From NCBI GenBank assembly GCA_045047305.1, contig JASFYO010000010.1, positions 4,680-68,679 of the forward strand: DNA of 64,000 nt. The letters run 5' to 3'. This document shows positions 37,867-47,612 of this stretch, in pieces (position 1 is the stretch's first letter; every line of letters begins with the position of its first letter). Under the pieces are notes generated by a model. That model worked only from the letters and a program-made list of their open reading frames with translations. It had not been told where the DNA came from and made no database searches. The stretch comes from Planctomycetota bacterium (GTDB lineage: Bacteria; Planctomycetota; UBA1135). Position numbers and translations under genes: made by a program.

Positions 37867-38832
37867 ATGAAACTAACTCGCCCATCTTTACTTTTTTGCC
37901 TTATTTCGGCCCTCACAAGCCCAATTTTCGCCCAAGACGAGAAGCCCAAGCCCCCGTTGCCGGCCGATGTCGCCGCCATCGTCGACGGCGAGCCCATTTT
38001 GCAGGCGGAATATGAGCATTTCCTATATCAGAGTTTTGGCAAACGCCCGCTACATCAGTTGATTGATCAGCGCCTGGTCCTCGCTGCCGGCAAGCTCTAC
38101 GGCATTCAGATCTCCGCCGAGGCGCAGCAGACCATTTTCGAGGAACGTTTGCTCCAAGCCCACCAAGGGCGCAGCGAAGAGCAGTTTCTGATTTCTCTAA
38201 GCGATGGTGGACTCAGCATCGAACTATTTGAATCGAATACGCGGCTTGAAATTGTGCAAGAACTCACTTTGGATGCATTGGTGCGCCAAACCCGGGTCCC
38301 CACCGATGTGCGCCTGAACAAAGCCTTCGAGGCTCAATACGGAGCTGGCGGAGTCAAGGTTGAAGTGAGCCATATCCTGGTCATGCCTCACTTCCTCCGC
38401 GCCAACCTCATCAAAGCAGGAGCCGATGCGCGCAGCATTGACAATGCCAAGATGAAAATTGATGCTGAACGCCTTGCAGGTGAATGCCACGACAAGCTGG
38501 TTGCAGGTGCGGATTTCAAAACCATGGTTGCCGAATATTCACACGACCAAGTTTCCCTGCGGTCGGATGGTCTGTTGCCGAGTTATCGCCCGGGCCTTTA
38601 TGGACCAGAATTCACCCAAGCAGTGGCTAGCCTAGAGCCGGGAGAGTTTTCCAAAGTGATTGAATCCGGTGCTGGATTTCACGTAGTCAAACTGATTTCT
38701 CGTCAGGTGACCAAGTTTGAGCAGGTGCGTTCTGCCCTCATCGAAAAAGTCATGACCGCCGCTCCAACTTGGCAGGAGCGGGAAGAAGTACTGACCTCGC
38801 TACGTGCCGCTGCGGATATCCAACTTTGGTAG
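37867..38832 (+). CDS. Exported parvulin-type peptidyl-prolyl isomerase (SurA/PrsA-like)
   Basis: Signal peptide; VAAIVDGEPI; SHILV, F...EYSHD, G.L, EFTQAVASLEPGEFSKVIESGAGFHVVK. Confidence 0.85.
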   Translation: MKLTRPSLLFCLISALTSPIFAQDEKPKPPLPADVAAIVDGEPILQAEYEHFLYQSFGKRPLHQLIDQRLVLAAGKLYGIQISAEAQQTIFEERLLQAHQGRSEEQFLISLSDGGLSIELFESNTRLEIVQELTLDALVRQTRVPTDVRLNKAFEAQYGAGGVKVEVSHILVMPHFLRANLIKAGADARSIDNAKMKIDAERLAGECHDKLVAGADFKTMVAEYSHDQVSLRSDGLLPSYRPGLYGPEFTQAVASLEPGEFSKVIESGAGFHVVKLISRQVTKFEQVRSALIEKVMTAAPTWQEREEVLTSLRAAADIQLW

Positions 38833-38878
38833 TCCAAGCAGCAAACCGACGGGTGCCTGCAGGCTCCTTCCGGAATGG

Positions 38879-39484
38879 CTAAACCGGGCCCAGTAGCCCG
38901 AATTCACGCATCAAGGCGACCACCGGCTGAGGCAGACAAGGCGGCACTAAGCCTTGATTCAAGGCAGCGCGTACTTCGGTAGAGCTAGCCGGCACTTCTT
39001 TCATGGGGAGAAACTGGGCACGAAAAAACTCGGCCAAGGGCGTAGGCAAAGCATGCGTAAAAGGAGCTAGTTTTTCCACCCCCCAACCAATTCGCGGTAC
39101 AAATAAGAATTGCACGCGCTGGAAAAGTTCTGCCAAATCGCGCCAAGTGGACAGATGAGACAAAGAGTCGCCACCGAGCAGGAAGTAAAGGTCGACGCCT
39201 GGATACTGCGCCTCCAACTCGCGCAAAGTATCTACGGTGTAGGACAACCCTTCGCGCTCCAGCTCCATGGTGCAGACTTCCTCACCAGGGCGTTCATCCA
39301 CCACTGCATGTAAAAAGGCAACGCGTTGGGAGGCATCGGCCGGAGGGTAATCGGGCTTATGTGGAGCCTGACGAGAAGGAATCCACAAGATCTTCTGCGG
39401 CTGCAACACCTTCTGCGCAGCATCGGCCATCGCAATGTGACCGTCGTGCACAGGGTCAAAAGAGCCGCCGAAGACAATCAACAT
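38879..39484 (-). CDS. nadD: Nicotinate-nucleotide adenylyltransferase
   Basis: FGGSFDPVHDGH, PHK, SYTVDTL, LLGGDS...W, ASSTEVR. Confidence 0.95.
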   Translation of the reverse strand: MLIVFGGSFDPVHDGHIAMADAAQKVLQPQKILWIPSRQAPHKPDYPPADASQRVAFLHAVVDERPGEEVCTMELEREGLSYTVDTLRELEAQYPGVDLYFLLGGDSLSHLSTWRDLAELFQRVQFLFVPRIGWGVEKLAPFTHALPTPLAEFFRAQFLPMKEVPASSTEVRAALNQGLVPPCLPQPVVALMREFGLLGPV

Positions 39485-39486
39485 GC

Positions 39487-40821
39487 TTACACTCCGAGGG
39501 CTTCTTGCAGTACGGCGAGCACCGCATCCTGCTCCACTTTGCGCTCGTGCTTTGCCACCAAATCCTTCATCACGATTTGATGTGCCTCGCGTTCATCCGC
39601 ACCAAGCACCAGGGCAAATCCTGCGCCACTCTTCGAGGCTTCCTTAAACTGCGCCTTAGGTGATTTACCACGGTGATCCATTTCTACCCGAATCCCAGCC
39701 TGGCGCAAATCCGTCACGATTCGGAATAATTCCAAACGGTCTTCCTCAGCGATGCCGATGGCATAAACCTGTGGTAACAAATCGGTTTCCAAATCGAGTA
39801 AATCTTTGGCGTGCGGCAATCCGAGCTCTTTCAACGCCAGTTCGGTTGGCGTAAAGCCAACCGAGAATCCAACACCTGGAGTCGGCTTACCGCCCATTTC
39901 CTCGACTAAACCGTCGTAGCGTCCACCACCGCATAAGGCCGAACGTGCTCCAAGCGGAGGATAATGCACCTCAAATACGGTACGCGAATAGTAATCCAAG
40001 CCACGCACAATGCTGCGGTCTTCCACTGGCTCAAAGCCAATCGCACGCAAAGAATTGCCAAAGTCCTCATGGTGCTGCTTAGCTTCGGCGCCCATCACCG
40101 AAAATAAATCTGGAGCACCGGCGTTCCGTTCGACACAACGTGGCACCTTGCAATCCAATAGGCGGAAGACATTGCGCGCATAACGGGTTACGCAATCATT
40201 GCAGCGGTCGCTAGTTTCGCCCATAAATTGGTCGGCGAAAAATGCGCGCAATTGGTCACTCCAAACAGCGCGATCTTGCGCATCGCCCATCGAATTCACC
40301 CGCACCTCAAGCTGCTCATCGAACCCTAGCGCGCGGAAAAATTGCAGCGCGATGCCGACCACCTCGGCATCCAATGTTGGGCTTTGCGGGCCAAAGGCCT
40401 CGACTCCAAACTGGGTGAACTGACGCTCACGCCCTTTCTGCGGGCGTTCATAGCGGAACATGGGACCAATATAGAACCACTTTTGCAGCGGCGCGCTCTT
40501 GGCGAATCCACCTTGAATATAGGCCCGAGCAATGCTGGCGGTATTCTCGGGGCGAAATGTGTAGCCGTCGGCCAAATTCAGCTCAGCTCCAGGAGCGCCT
40601 CGTTTGGGCACGCTGAACATCTCCTTAGCCACCACATCTGAGGTTTCGCCCAAAGAACGCTGAAAAAGGCGGGTTTCCTCAAATAAGGGGGTGCGAATTT
40701 CGCGATATGAGGCAGCCGACGCCACCTTTTGCGCTACACGCTCCAAATGCCGCACAAGAACTAGGTCCTGAGGCAGCAAATCGCGGGTACCACGGGCGTT
40801 ACGGAAGGGCTCGGCGCTCAT
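39487..40821 (-). CDS. hisS: Histidine--tRNA ligase
   Basis: RGTRD, SDVVAKEMF, RPENTAS, FRYERPQKGR, VRGLDYYSRTVFE, CGGGRYDGL. Confidence 0.97.
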   Translation of the reverse strand: MSAEPFRNARGTRDLLPQDLVLVRHLERVAQKVASAASYREIRTPLFEETRLFQRSLGETSDVVAKEMFSVPKRGAPGAELNLADGYTFRPENTASIARAYIQGGFAKSAPLQKWFYIGPMFRYERPQKGRERQFTQFGVEAFGPQSPTLDAEVVGIALQFFRALGFDEQLEVRVNSMGDAQDRAVWSDQLRAFFADQFMGETSDRCNDCVTRYARNVFRLLDCKVPRCVERNAGAPDLFSVMGAEAKQHHEDFGNSLRAIGFEPVEDRSIVRGLDYYSRTVFEVHYPPLGARSALCGGGRYDGLVEEMGGKPTPGVGFSVGFTPTELALKELGLPHAKDLLDLETDLLPQVYAIGIAEEDRLELFRIVTDLRQAGIRVEMDHRGKSPKAQFKEASKSGAGFALVLGADEREAHQIVMKDLVAKHERKVEQDAVLAVLQEALGV

Positions 40822-40852
40822 AATCAGATGCAAGGATAACGCCTCCCGGCGA

Positions 40853-40881
40853 TTGACGAGACTTCCCGCCCCTCCTAACCT
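40853..40881 (+). promoter_or_regulatory. Putative sigma70 promoter of the lipoprotein gene
   Basis: TTGACG-N17-TAACCT, 33 nt upstream of the ATG at 40915. Confidence 0.55.
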
Positions 40882-40914
40882 TATGCCGTCCCGTTTCCTA
40901 CCCGGAACCCGAAC

Positions 40915-41292
40915 ATGTCCCGCACTCTGACCGCACTTCTCGTACTCCTCGGCCTAGGCCTAGGTTCTTGCTCCAGTAGCCCTTCTTCTACGGAGCTTGG
41001 TATCAATCCAGATGTCGATACCAGTCATTTCAATCCACGCCCACGCGGTATGCATGGAAGTGGCGTTGCCTTCGATAAGTACTTCCTTGCAAGTGAAGAA
41101 ATTGGGCCTGCCCACCGTGACACCTGGTACCACGTCTTTACTCCATGGAATTGGGGCAAGCAGTCATCCTTCGGCAATGTTACCAAGCGTACCAACCGCT
41201 CACGCACAAGCTCAATTGAGCGTGATAATGGTTTCTATGAGTTCTATAGCTGGGCGATGAACGAAAACGCCAACGACCCCTACAACGACTAA
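40915..41292 (+). CDS. Small lipoprotein, function unknown
   Basis: Signal with lipobox LGSC; own promoter and terminator. Confidence 0.7.
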   Translation: MSRTLTALLVLLGLGLGSCSSSPSSTELGINPDVDTSHFNPRPRGMHGSGVAFDKYFLASEEIGPAHRDTWYHVFTPWNWGKQSSFGNVTKRTNRSRTSSIERDNGFYEFYSWAMNENANDPYND

Positions 41293-41311
41293 GCTCCCAG
41301 CCTTCTTGGAT

Positions 41312-41340
41312 AAACCCCGCAGCTTCTGCTGTGGGGTTTT
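41312..41340 (+). terminator. Intrinsic terminator
   Basis: AAACCCCGCAGC-TTCT-GCTGTGGGGTTTT, 20 nt after the lipoprotein stop. Confidence 0.8.
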
Positions 41341-41371
41341 CTCATGGGCAAGCTGCGGATAGTGTCGGGGT

Positions 41372-42040
41372 ATGCGTTTTACTCTCCTTACCATCCTCGT
41401 GCTAGGCCTTAGCTTTGCCTGCCTTCCGGATTTCTCAGCCAATGTTTCCGCGCAAGAACCAGAATCATCCGATTCTTCTGCAGGCCAAGATCTTTCTGTT
41501 GAGATTGCCACCCTCAAGCGCGATTTGTCGGTTGCGCGGTTACGCATGGAAAACTTACTTAGCGAGCAAGAACTTACACGGCTTCAAACCGAAATCGCAC
41601 ATAGCGATGCAGTTTCTGACTTGCAAGAGTACAACGTCTATGCGAGGGAAGCATCGGTACAGCAAGCGGAACTGGATTTGCAATATTCCAAGGATGAGTT
41701 AGCGGATGCCGAGGAGGAATTACGCCAACTTGGCATGATGTACGACAGAAATAACCTTGCTGATTCCACAGCACAGATTGTCATGGAACGCGGGAATCGT
41801 GGAATCGAACGTCAGCGCAAAGCTTTAGAACTTGCTACCAAGGAGCACGCAAACTGGATTCAATATGGTCTCCCTCGAGAACTCGCTGAGAAAAAAAATG
41901 CCGAGATCGTAGCAACGGCAGAATTGAACCTCATGTTTCTCGCGCAAACTTTGGCGCTGAAGGAGATGGAAAATACCATTTCTGACTTAGAGAAAAGCAT
42001 CAAGAAACTGGAATCCGAATCGGTGGAGTCGGGAGATTGA
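41372..42040 (+). CDS. Exported coiled-coil protein (resembles the helical hairpin of HlyD-type adaptors)
   Basis: Signal peptide; heptad-rich AELDLQYSKDELADAEEELRQL. Confidence 0.6.
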   Translation: MRFTLLTILVLGLSFACLPDFSANVSAQEPESSDSSAGQDLSVEIATLKRDLSVARLRMENLLSEQELTRLQTEIAHSDAVSDLQEYNVYAREASVQQAELDLQYSKDELADAEEELRQLGMMYDRNNLADSTAQIVMERGNRGIERQRKALELATKEHANWIQYGLPRELAEKKNAEIVATAELNLMFLAQTLALKEMENTISDLEKSIKKLESESVESGD

Positions 42041-43176
42041 TTGCCATCATCTTGACTCTGGCGCAAGCGGTAACCCTGGCACCAGCGACCAATGAAGCCA
42101 TCGTCACAGCCAGAAAAGTAATTGTAGACGGCGCCGGTTTTCTCATCGAAACACAAAACGCCAATGGCTCTTGGGGCGGACCACAGACGCCAATGATTTA
42201 CGATCGATACTGGAGTAATCCGGAAACCCATCGTTCTTGGCAGATTGCCACCACCGGTCTAGCAGTGATGGCTCTCATCGACCTACCCGAAGATGCCAAT
42301 GCACGCGCTGCCGTGGATCATGGTATCGACTACATCACCAGTGGGAGCAAACTAAAGCGTCCAAACGGATGGGATAGCGACAACACTTGGGGTTATGTGT
42401 ATGGATTGGCGGCCATGGTCAAGGCCGCTCAGGACCAGCGTTTAGGTCAAGGAACACGACACATTGCGATTGCGGTAAAAGGCAAAGAATTCCTTCAGCA
42501 GATTTGGGACTACCAAGCTCCGAATGGCGGTTGGGCCTACTACGCTATGGATACCGGGGCAGCGCGTCCGAGCTGGGGCACCTCGTTTATGACGGGAGTT
42601 GCAGTCCTTGCGATCCTCGATGCCAAGGCGCTCGGTTGGGAAATTGAGGAGAAGCGACTTACGGCTGGCATTCGCGCCATCGTCCATTGCCGGCTTCCAG
42701 ATGGCTCCTACACCTACGACGTCAACCCAATTTCAGCCTGGGATGCGGGCACTGGCATTGACCGAGTGCGTGGTTCTCTATCCCGTATCCAGGTGTGTAA
42801 TCTTGCTTTAGCACGCGCCAAGGATGCAGGTTATGAAACACCAATCACCGAAGCGGATCTCCAAGAAGGGCTAAGTTTATTGTTCCGCGAACATCACTAC
42901 CTAGACATCGCCCGCGGACGTCCTTATCCGCATGAAGCTTTCCACTATAACTCAGGATACTTCTACCACTTTGGCCATTATTACGCGGGTTATGTACTAC
43001 AAAGGTTGGGGCCGAAGGCTTGGGATCAACTTCTCCCTCCCTTGGTGCATGCAATTGCCAAAACCCAAAGCCAAGACGGAGCCATGATCGACTTCTTCAT
43101 GAACGATTATGGGCGTCCATACAGCACCGCATTTGGAATAGGCGGACTTATCCGCGCCACAACATTGGCGCCTTAA
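42037..43176 (+). CDS. Prenyltransferase/squalene cyclase repeat (alpha/alpha barrel) protein
   Basis: QW-like repeats TQNANGSWG, YQAPNGGWAYY, RLPDGSYTY, TQSQDGAM. Confidence 0.75.
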   Translation: MIAIILTLAQAVTLAPATNEAIVTARKVIVDGAGFLIETQNANGSWGGPQTPMIYDRYWSNPETHRSWQIATTGLAVMALIDLPEDANARAAVDHGIDYITSGSKLKRPNGWDSDNTWGYVYGLAAMVKAAQDQRLGQGTRHIAIAVKGKEFLQQIWDYQAPNGGWAYYAMDTGAARPSWGTSFMTGVAVLAILDAKALGWEIEEKRLTAGIRAIVHCRLPDGSYTYDVNPISAWDAGTGIDRVRGSLSRIQVCNLALARAKDAGYETPITEADLQEGLSLLFREHHYLDIARGRPYPHEAFHYNSGYFYHFGHYYAGYVLQRLGPKAWDQLLPPLVHAIAKTQSQDGAMIDFFMNDYGRPYSTAFGIGGLIRATTLAP

Positions 43177-44080
43177 GGTCTCCACGCCAAACCACCTGTT
43201 GCTGCGGTAATTTCTTGAGCTGAAAATGCGGGATTAAGTCTTCGGCTTGACAAGGAGTCGCATCCATTTGCAGGCCGCAACTCCAAGCGAGCCAACCAAG
43301 AATGGCCGCGGACGCAACACCTTGGGCGCGAAAGGCGCGCAAACTGGTATCACCGTGTCGTTTGGCTAGGCGCCGCCCATCCTCCCCCACGACCAGGGGT
43401 AGATGGGTAAAGGTAGGCATGGAATACCCCAATGCCGCTCCTAGCTGAATCTGACGCGCGGCAGAGCTCAGCAAATCATCTCCGCGCAAGACCTCTGTGA
43501 CCCCCATGGCGACGTCATCCACCACCACCGCTAGTTGATAAGCCGCTTGCCCATCACGTTTAAAAATAACGAAGTCGCCAAGTTCTTGTTGCACATGCAT
43601 CTTGCATGTGCCGCGAAACCCATCCTGGAAGCTCATGTTTCCGTCGGTCACCAAAAAACGGAAAGCGGCATTCTCGGTCTCAGCGGAAAGGTTTTTATCG
43701 CGGCAAGTCCCAGGGTAAATCGGGCCTTCTTCTCCGCTATGCGGCGCCGATGCAGCTAACTCCACTTCCTTGCGTGAGCAGGTGCAGGCATAAGCTAGTC
43801 CTCGCTGCAAAAGCTTGCGCAGAGCCTCAGCATAGGATTCCTGACGCTCACTCTGCCGCACAATCGGTCCATCCCAATCCAAGCCTAGCCACTCTAAATC
43901 AGCTAAGCATTCCAGCTCTGCACCTGCTCGAATCCGCGGCCCATCTAGATCTTCGATGCGCATCAAGAGTCGTCCATCCTGCGAACGCACCGATAACCAC
44001 GCCAACAAGAAACTGCGTGCATTGCCTAAATGCAGTACACCGGTTGGACTTGGCGCCAAACGCCCCACGACCTCACTCAT
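43148..44080 (-). CDS. gluQ: tRNA glutamyl-Q(34) synthetase GluQRS
   Basis: GRLAPSPTGVLHLGN, RIEDLD, CTCSRKE...YPGTC, AYQLAVVVDD, LAKRHG; no anticodon-binding domain. Confidence 0.93.
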   Translation of the reverse strand: MSEVVGRLAPSPTGVLHLGNARSFLLAWLSVRSQDGRLLMRIEDLDGPRIRAGAELECLADLEWLGLDWDGPIVRQSERQESYAEALRKLLQRGLAYACTCSRKEVELAASAPHSGEEGPIYPGTCRDKNLSAETENAAFRFLVTDGNMSFQDGFRGTCKMHVQQELGDFVIFKRDGQAAYQLAVVVDDVAMGVTEVLRGDDLLSSAARQIQLGAALGYSMPTFTHLPLVVGEDGRRLAKRHGDTSLRAFRAQGVASAAILGWLAWSCGLQMDATPCQAEDLIPHFQLKKLPQQQVVWRGDLKAPMLWRG

Positions 44081-45222
44081 GAATCCGAGGTCCACTCCAA
44101 CAGGAATTCTCGGGGAGTTTTCCCCTCGGAGGCAGCACGTTGCACCAAGCTTTCGAACTCTGGTTTAAGATTTTGCATCGCCTCTCCCTCCACGGCTGCG
44201 GCGCACTTCCATGGCAAGCCTTCCTTCTCCTCTACCCCACGTAGCTGACGCGAACGCTGCAAAACAGTCGCACGAATACCTAAGGTTCCAAGCAGGCGAA
44301 ACATGCGTTGTTCCATTTTGCTTTGTTGCACAGCATCAACTTGCACGATGACTTCAAATGCTGGGCGCCCCTTCTTGGTTGCAGCCGGTAGAACATAAGC
44401 CTCCTTGGCTCCTAACGAACGAAGGTCCTCCAAGGCATGCCCCACGATTTCCCCTGATTGGTCATCCACCAAACTGCGCAATTCCACCACACATTCTTGC
44501 TCCAAAGCGGCAGTCTCTAACTCCACGCGCAGAACATTGGGGTAATCCTCTGGGTCACGAGTACCTAATCCATAACCGACGCCTGCGCAAACCGCTGCAC
44601 CGCGGGTGGAGCAATCTACCTCCCAGGCGCGGAGTAAAGCGACTCCGGTTGGGGTTGCACATTCTCCTTCTAAATCAAAACCACAGCTGGGATATCCTTC
44701 TAAAAGATAGCGCGTTGCGGGTGCGGGGATTGGCATCGCGCCGTGGGCACAGTGCACGGTTCCATGACCGACCGGAATGGGCGAGCAGAAGATCTCGGAG
44801 GGATCTAGCGCATCCATTAATGCACAGGCTCCGGAAATATCCAAGATAGCGTCCATGGCCCCGACTTCGTGGAAGTGCACTTCTTGCGCAGAGCAGTTGT
44901 GCGCCTTGCCCTCGGCCTCAGCAAGCGCTTGGAAGGCTGCAACTGCCCACCGATGCGCACGTTGCGTGAGCGGTAACTGCTGCAGGATTGGAAGGACATC
45001 GGCGAGGTGTCGATGTCTATGTCCTTCCGTAATTTGCACGGAAAAGTAGTGCCCAGAAATACCACGCCGAACCTGCTTCTCCCAGGAAGCTTGCACTTCC
45101 TCAGCGGGTAAGGCTCCGAGTATAGCCTGCAATGATTCAGGGGGTGCACCGGCATCCAACAAGCCGGCAATCAACATATCGCCGGCAACACCACCAAAGA
45201 GGTTGAGGTATATGCGCATCAT
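44077..45222 (-). CDS. larC: LarC family nickel-insertion protein
   Basis: GVAGDMLIAGLLDAG, HRHRH, AEAEGKAH, VHFHEVGAMDAILD, AHGAMPIPAPAT, TPTG, KKGRP, TLGIR. Confidence 0.9.
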   Translation of the reverse strand: MMRIYLNLFGGVAGDMLIAGLLDAGAPPESLQAILGALPAEEVQASWEKQVRRGISGHYFSVQITEGHRHRHLADVLPILQQLPLTQRAHRWAVAAFQALAEAEGKAHNCSAQEVHFHEVGAMDAILDISGACALMDALDPSEIFCSPIPVGHGTVHCAHGAMPIPAPATRYLLEGYPSCGFDLEGECATPTGVALLRAWEVDCSTRGAAVCAGVGYGLGTRDPEDYPNVLRVELETAALEQECVVELRSLVDDQSGEIVGHALEDLRSLGAKEAYVLPAATKKGRPAFEVIVQVDAVQQSKMEQRMFRLLGTLGIRATVLQRSRQLRGVEEKEGLPWKCAAAVEGEAMQNLKPEFESLVQRAASEGKTPREFLLEWTSDS

Positions 45223-45234
45223 CTACGATTCTAC

Positions 45235-45891
45235 TCACTCCACAACTGCCAAGCACAAAGCACGGACCTCACGTACTCCTGCGCTGCGTAAGGCTCGAGC
45301 GGCCTCCTGCAAGGTAGCCCCTGTAGTGGATACATCATCCAATAACATGACCGAAACGGGCACCTTGCCGCCACGCCAATCAAACACTCCCTGCAGATTC
45401 GCACGGCGTTCTGTGCCACTCAATTCGGCTTGATTGCCACGAGTTTGTCGCCGCACCAAAAGCCTTTGAGAGTTGGCGCCAAGTGAGGAAGCTAAAGGTT
45501 TGCAGAGAAACTGGGGCAAGTACCAATCGGCACGGCGCCGCTGCTTGGAAGGCGGCGGCACACACCACCGCGCTTCTCCTGCTGCAGCGAGATGCGGCGC
45601 ATCCCCCAGGCGCACAAGCTGATGTATCGCGGCACGCCGTAAAGCCCAGGCATGGGCACCATGCGGCTGATCTTTCGCCTGCACGATTAAGCGCCGCACC
45701 GTTCCGGCATAGGGCCAAAGGGCAAGACGCTGCAAGTTGGGTAAATCCAGAACCCCGAATGCTGGTGGCCAATCCTGTTTACAACAAGAGCAAAGCATGA
45801 CCCCCAGGGCACTCAAGCCCACACTCGTATCTACATTTCCACAACCAGCGCACCCAGGGAGCAGGAAGGCGTCGGCTAGAATCGTCCACAC
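45235..45891 (-). CDS. comF: ComF family protein (Zn finger plus phosphoribosyltransferase-like domain)
   Basis: CAGC...CSCC, QAELSGTERRANL, LLDDVSTTGATL. Confidence 0.82.
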   Translation of the reverse strand: MWTILADAFLLPGCAGCGNVDTSVGLSALGVMLCSCCKQDWPPAFGVLDLPNLQRLALWPYAGTVRRLIVQAKDQPHGAHAWALRRAAIHQLVRLGDAPHLAAAGEARWCVPPPSKQRRRADWYLPQFLCKPLASSLGANSQRLLVRRQTRGNQAELSGTERRANLQGVFDWRGGKVPVSVMLLDDVSTTGATLQEAARALRSAGVREVRALCLAVVE

Positions 45892-45918
45892 CTTGGTAGA
45901 CGACTTGATGAAAAAAGG

Positions 45919-46500
45919 TTACGCCGGAAAATGCGGCGCGCGACGCCCAAACAACTTCGATGGAGCTTCCTTTAATCCCAAGCGATCGCGCAAACGGCGC
46001 ACATAACTCTCCACCGTGTCTTCCGTTGCACCTGGAATACCAAACAACTCCCCTATTTCACGAGTGAGAGCAAGATTGTCTTCAAAAGAAAAATGAAACT
46101 CACGCAAGTGAGCCTGCAAATAACGCCGCATAGCATTCTCCGTATATTTCCCCTGCAAAAACAACAGAACCGCAGACAAAACGACTAAGCCAATGGCACC
46201 ACCCGGGAGCATGAGTTTGGGTAGCTCGACATCTAATGTCACCGCCGCGCCAATCAGGATGCCCGCCATCGCGAGAAAACAGGCACCAACTTGACCGCGG
46301 ACCTTGGATTGCAGCACTCCACGCAGGGGCTCCAACGAAGTAATCATGGTGCCAAGAATCAGCGAGCTGCGGAACCGCGCGCGATCGCGGCCAAAGGCTG
46401 AAAAGAAAAATCCTCCAGCGAAAATCAAGCAGCAGGCGCCCAAACCTAGCATGGTTGGGTCGGCGTTGGTGAGAACCTGGCGGAGAGGCGTACGCAGCAC
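45919..46500 (-). CDS. Hypothetical membrane protein (start uncertain: GTG 46500 or ATG 46452)
   Basis: Three hydrophobic helices followed by a soluble tail; fills the gap between comF and the next gene. Confidence 0.55.
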   Translation of the reverse strand: MLRTPLRQVLTNADPTMLGLGACCLIFAGGFFFSAFGRDRARFRSSLILGTMITSLEPLRGVLQSKVRGQVGACFLAMAGILIGAAVTLDVELPKLMLPGGAIGLVVLSAVLLFLQGKYTENAMRRYLQAHLREFHFSFEDNLALTREIGELFGIPGATEDTVESYVRRLRDRLGLKEAPSKLFGRRAPHFPA

Positions 46501-46635
46501 AAAGGCATAGTACCGGCGGCGAGTCTCGGCTCCAATTCCAGAAAAACTTTGCAAGCGCAACATTCCTGAAACATCCCTAGCCGATGATGCAAGAGTCAAT
46601 GGCGGCTCCCGCACTCGACCAACCACGTGATTACC

Positions 46636-47604
46636 ATGAAAAATCCACTCTACCCTCTGTTAAGCCTAGTTTTAGGCCTCTTTTTACTCTCTGCAACCCA
46701 TGCCATGGCGCAGGAGGCCAGCGCAACACCCCAGGCTGCACTCACCAGCAACTCCACCACTGACCACAAACCTCAATTACACGCAGAAGAAGATGAGGAA
46801 CTCATGTGGATGATGGATGGCCTGTCCCTCGCATCCGATGCCATTGGAATCACTGAAGAGGAATTGTTCGATGCTCTTGCCCACGGACTTTCCATGGCTG
46901 ACGTCGCCCGTGCTCACGGACTAGACCCCATCGATTTATTGGATATCGCGGTGAGCTTTGAGGAAAGCGAAATTCTTGAGGAACTCCTTGATGAGGAAAT
47001 CAATCGCCAAGACGCGGAAGAGTGGCGCGAGGAAGCTGCCACCGACAACGCTTGGCTGTACTACACCGAAGACCCATTTGGTTTAGAGGATATTGTTTGG
47101 ATTCTGGACGGCGCCAGTGAGGTCATGGATCTCGACATTCTGGAGCTCACGGAATGGATGTACGATGGTGTAAGTTTGGAAACGATTGCCAAAGAAATGG
47201 AAGTGGATCTCGGTGAGATCTCGGACTCCGCTTTAGATTATCTCGACGACACCATCGAAGTTATGTTGATGTTAGAAGATATCGAAGAGGACGAAGCCAA
47301 GGAATGGTCCGACTGGAGCGAAGAATCCTTAGACGAGATGCTGGCGCAATCCGACCTCCTCGATGTTGTGGCTGAGGATTTGTGGGCGGACGAAATGGCC
47401 GAAACCGTGGCTGACCTATTGGATCTTGACACTGAGGAATTATGGGAAAAGATTGACGCTGGCGGTGACATCATGCTTATGTTGCGCGTCGAAGGAATCA
47501 AAATCGAAGATCCGGAGCTTGAAGAAAGAATTGTAGAATTCAATGACTGGCTCAAGGAAGACAACCTCGAGGATGATGCTGAAAGCGAGCGCGAACATTT
47601 CTAA
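46636..47604 (+). CDS. Exported, extremely acidic helical-repeat protein
   Basis: Signal peptide (AMA/QE); D/E-rich; about 2.5 copies of an A..(I/L)G....EL.......G.S...(V/I)A repeat. Confidence 0.75.
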   Translation: MKNPLYPLLSLVLGLFLLSATHAMAQEASATPQAALTSNSTTDHKPQLHAEEDEELMWMMDGLSLASDAIGITEEELFDALAHGLSMADVARAHGLDPIDLLDIAVSFEESEILEELLDEEINRQDAEEWREEAATDNAWLYYTEDPFGLEDIVWILDGASEVMDLDILELTEWMYDGVSLETIAKEMEVDLGEISDSALDYLDDTIEVMLMLEDIEEDEAKEWSDWSEESLDEMLAQSDLLDVVAEDLWADEMAETVADLLDLDTEELWEKIDAGGDIMLMLRVEGIKIEDPELEERIVEFNDWLKEDNLEDDAESEREHF

Positions 47605-47612
47605 ATGACTCT

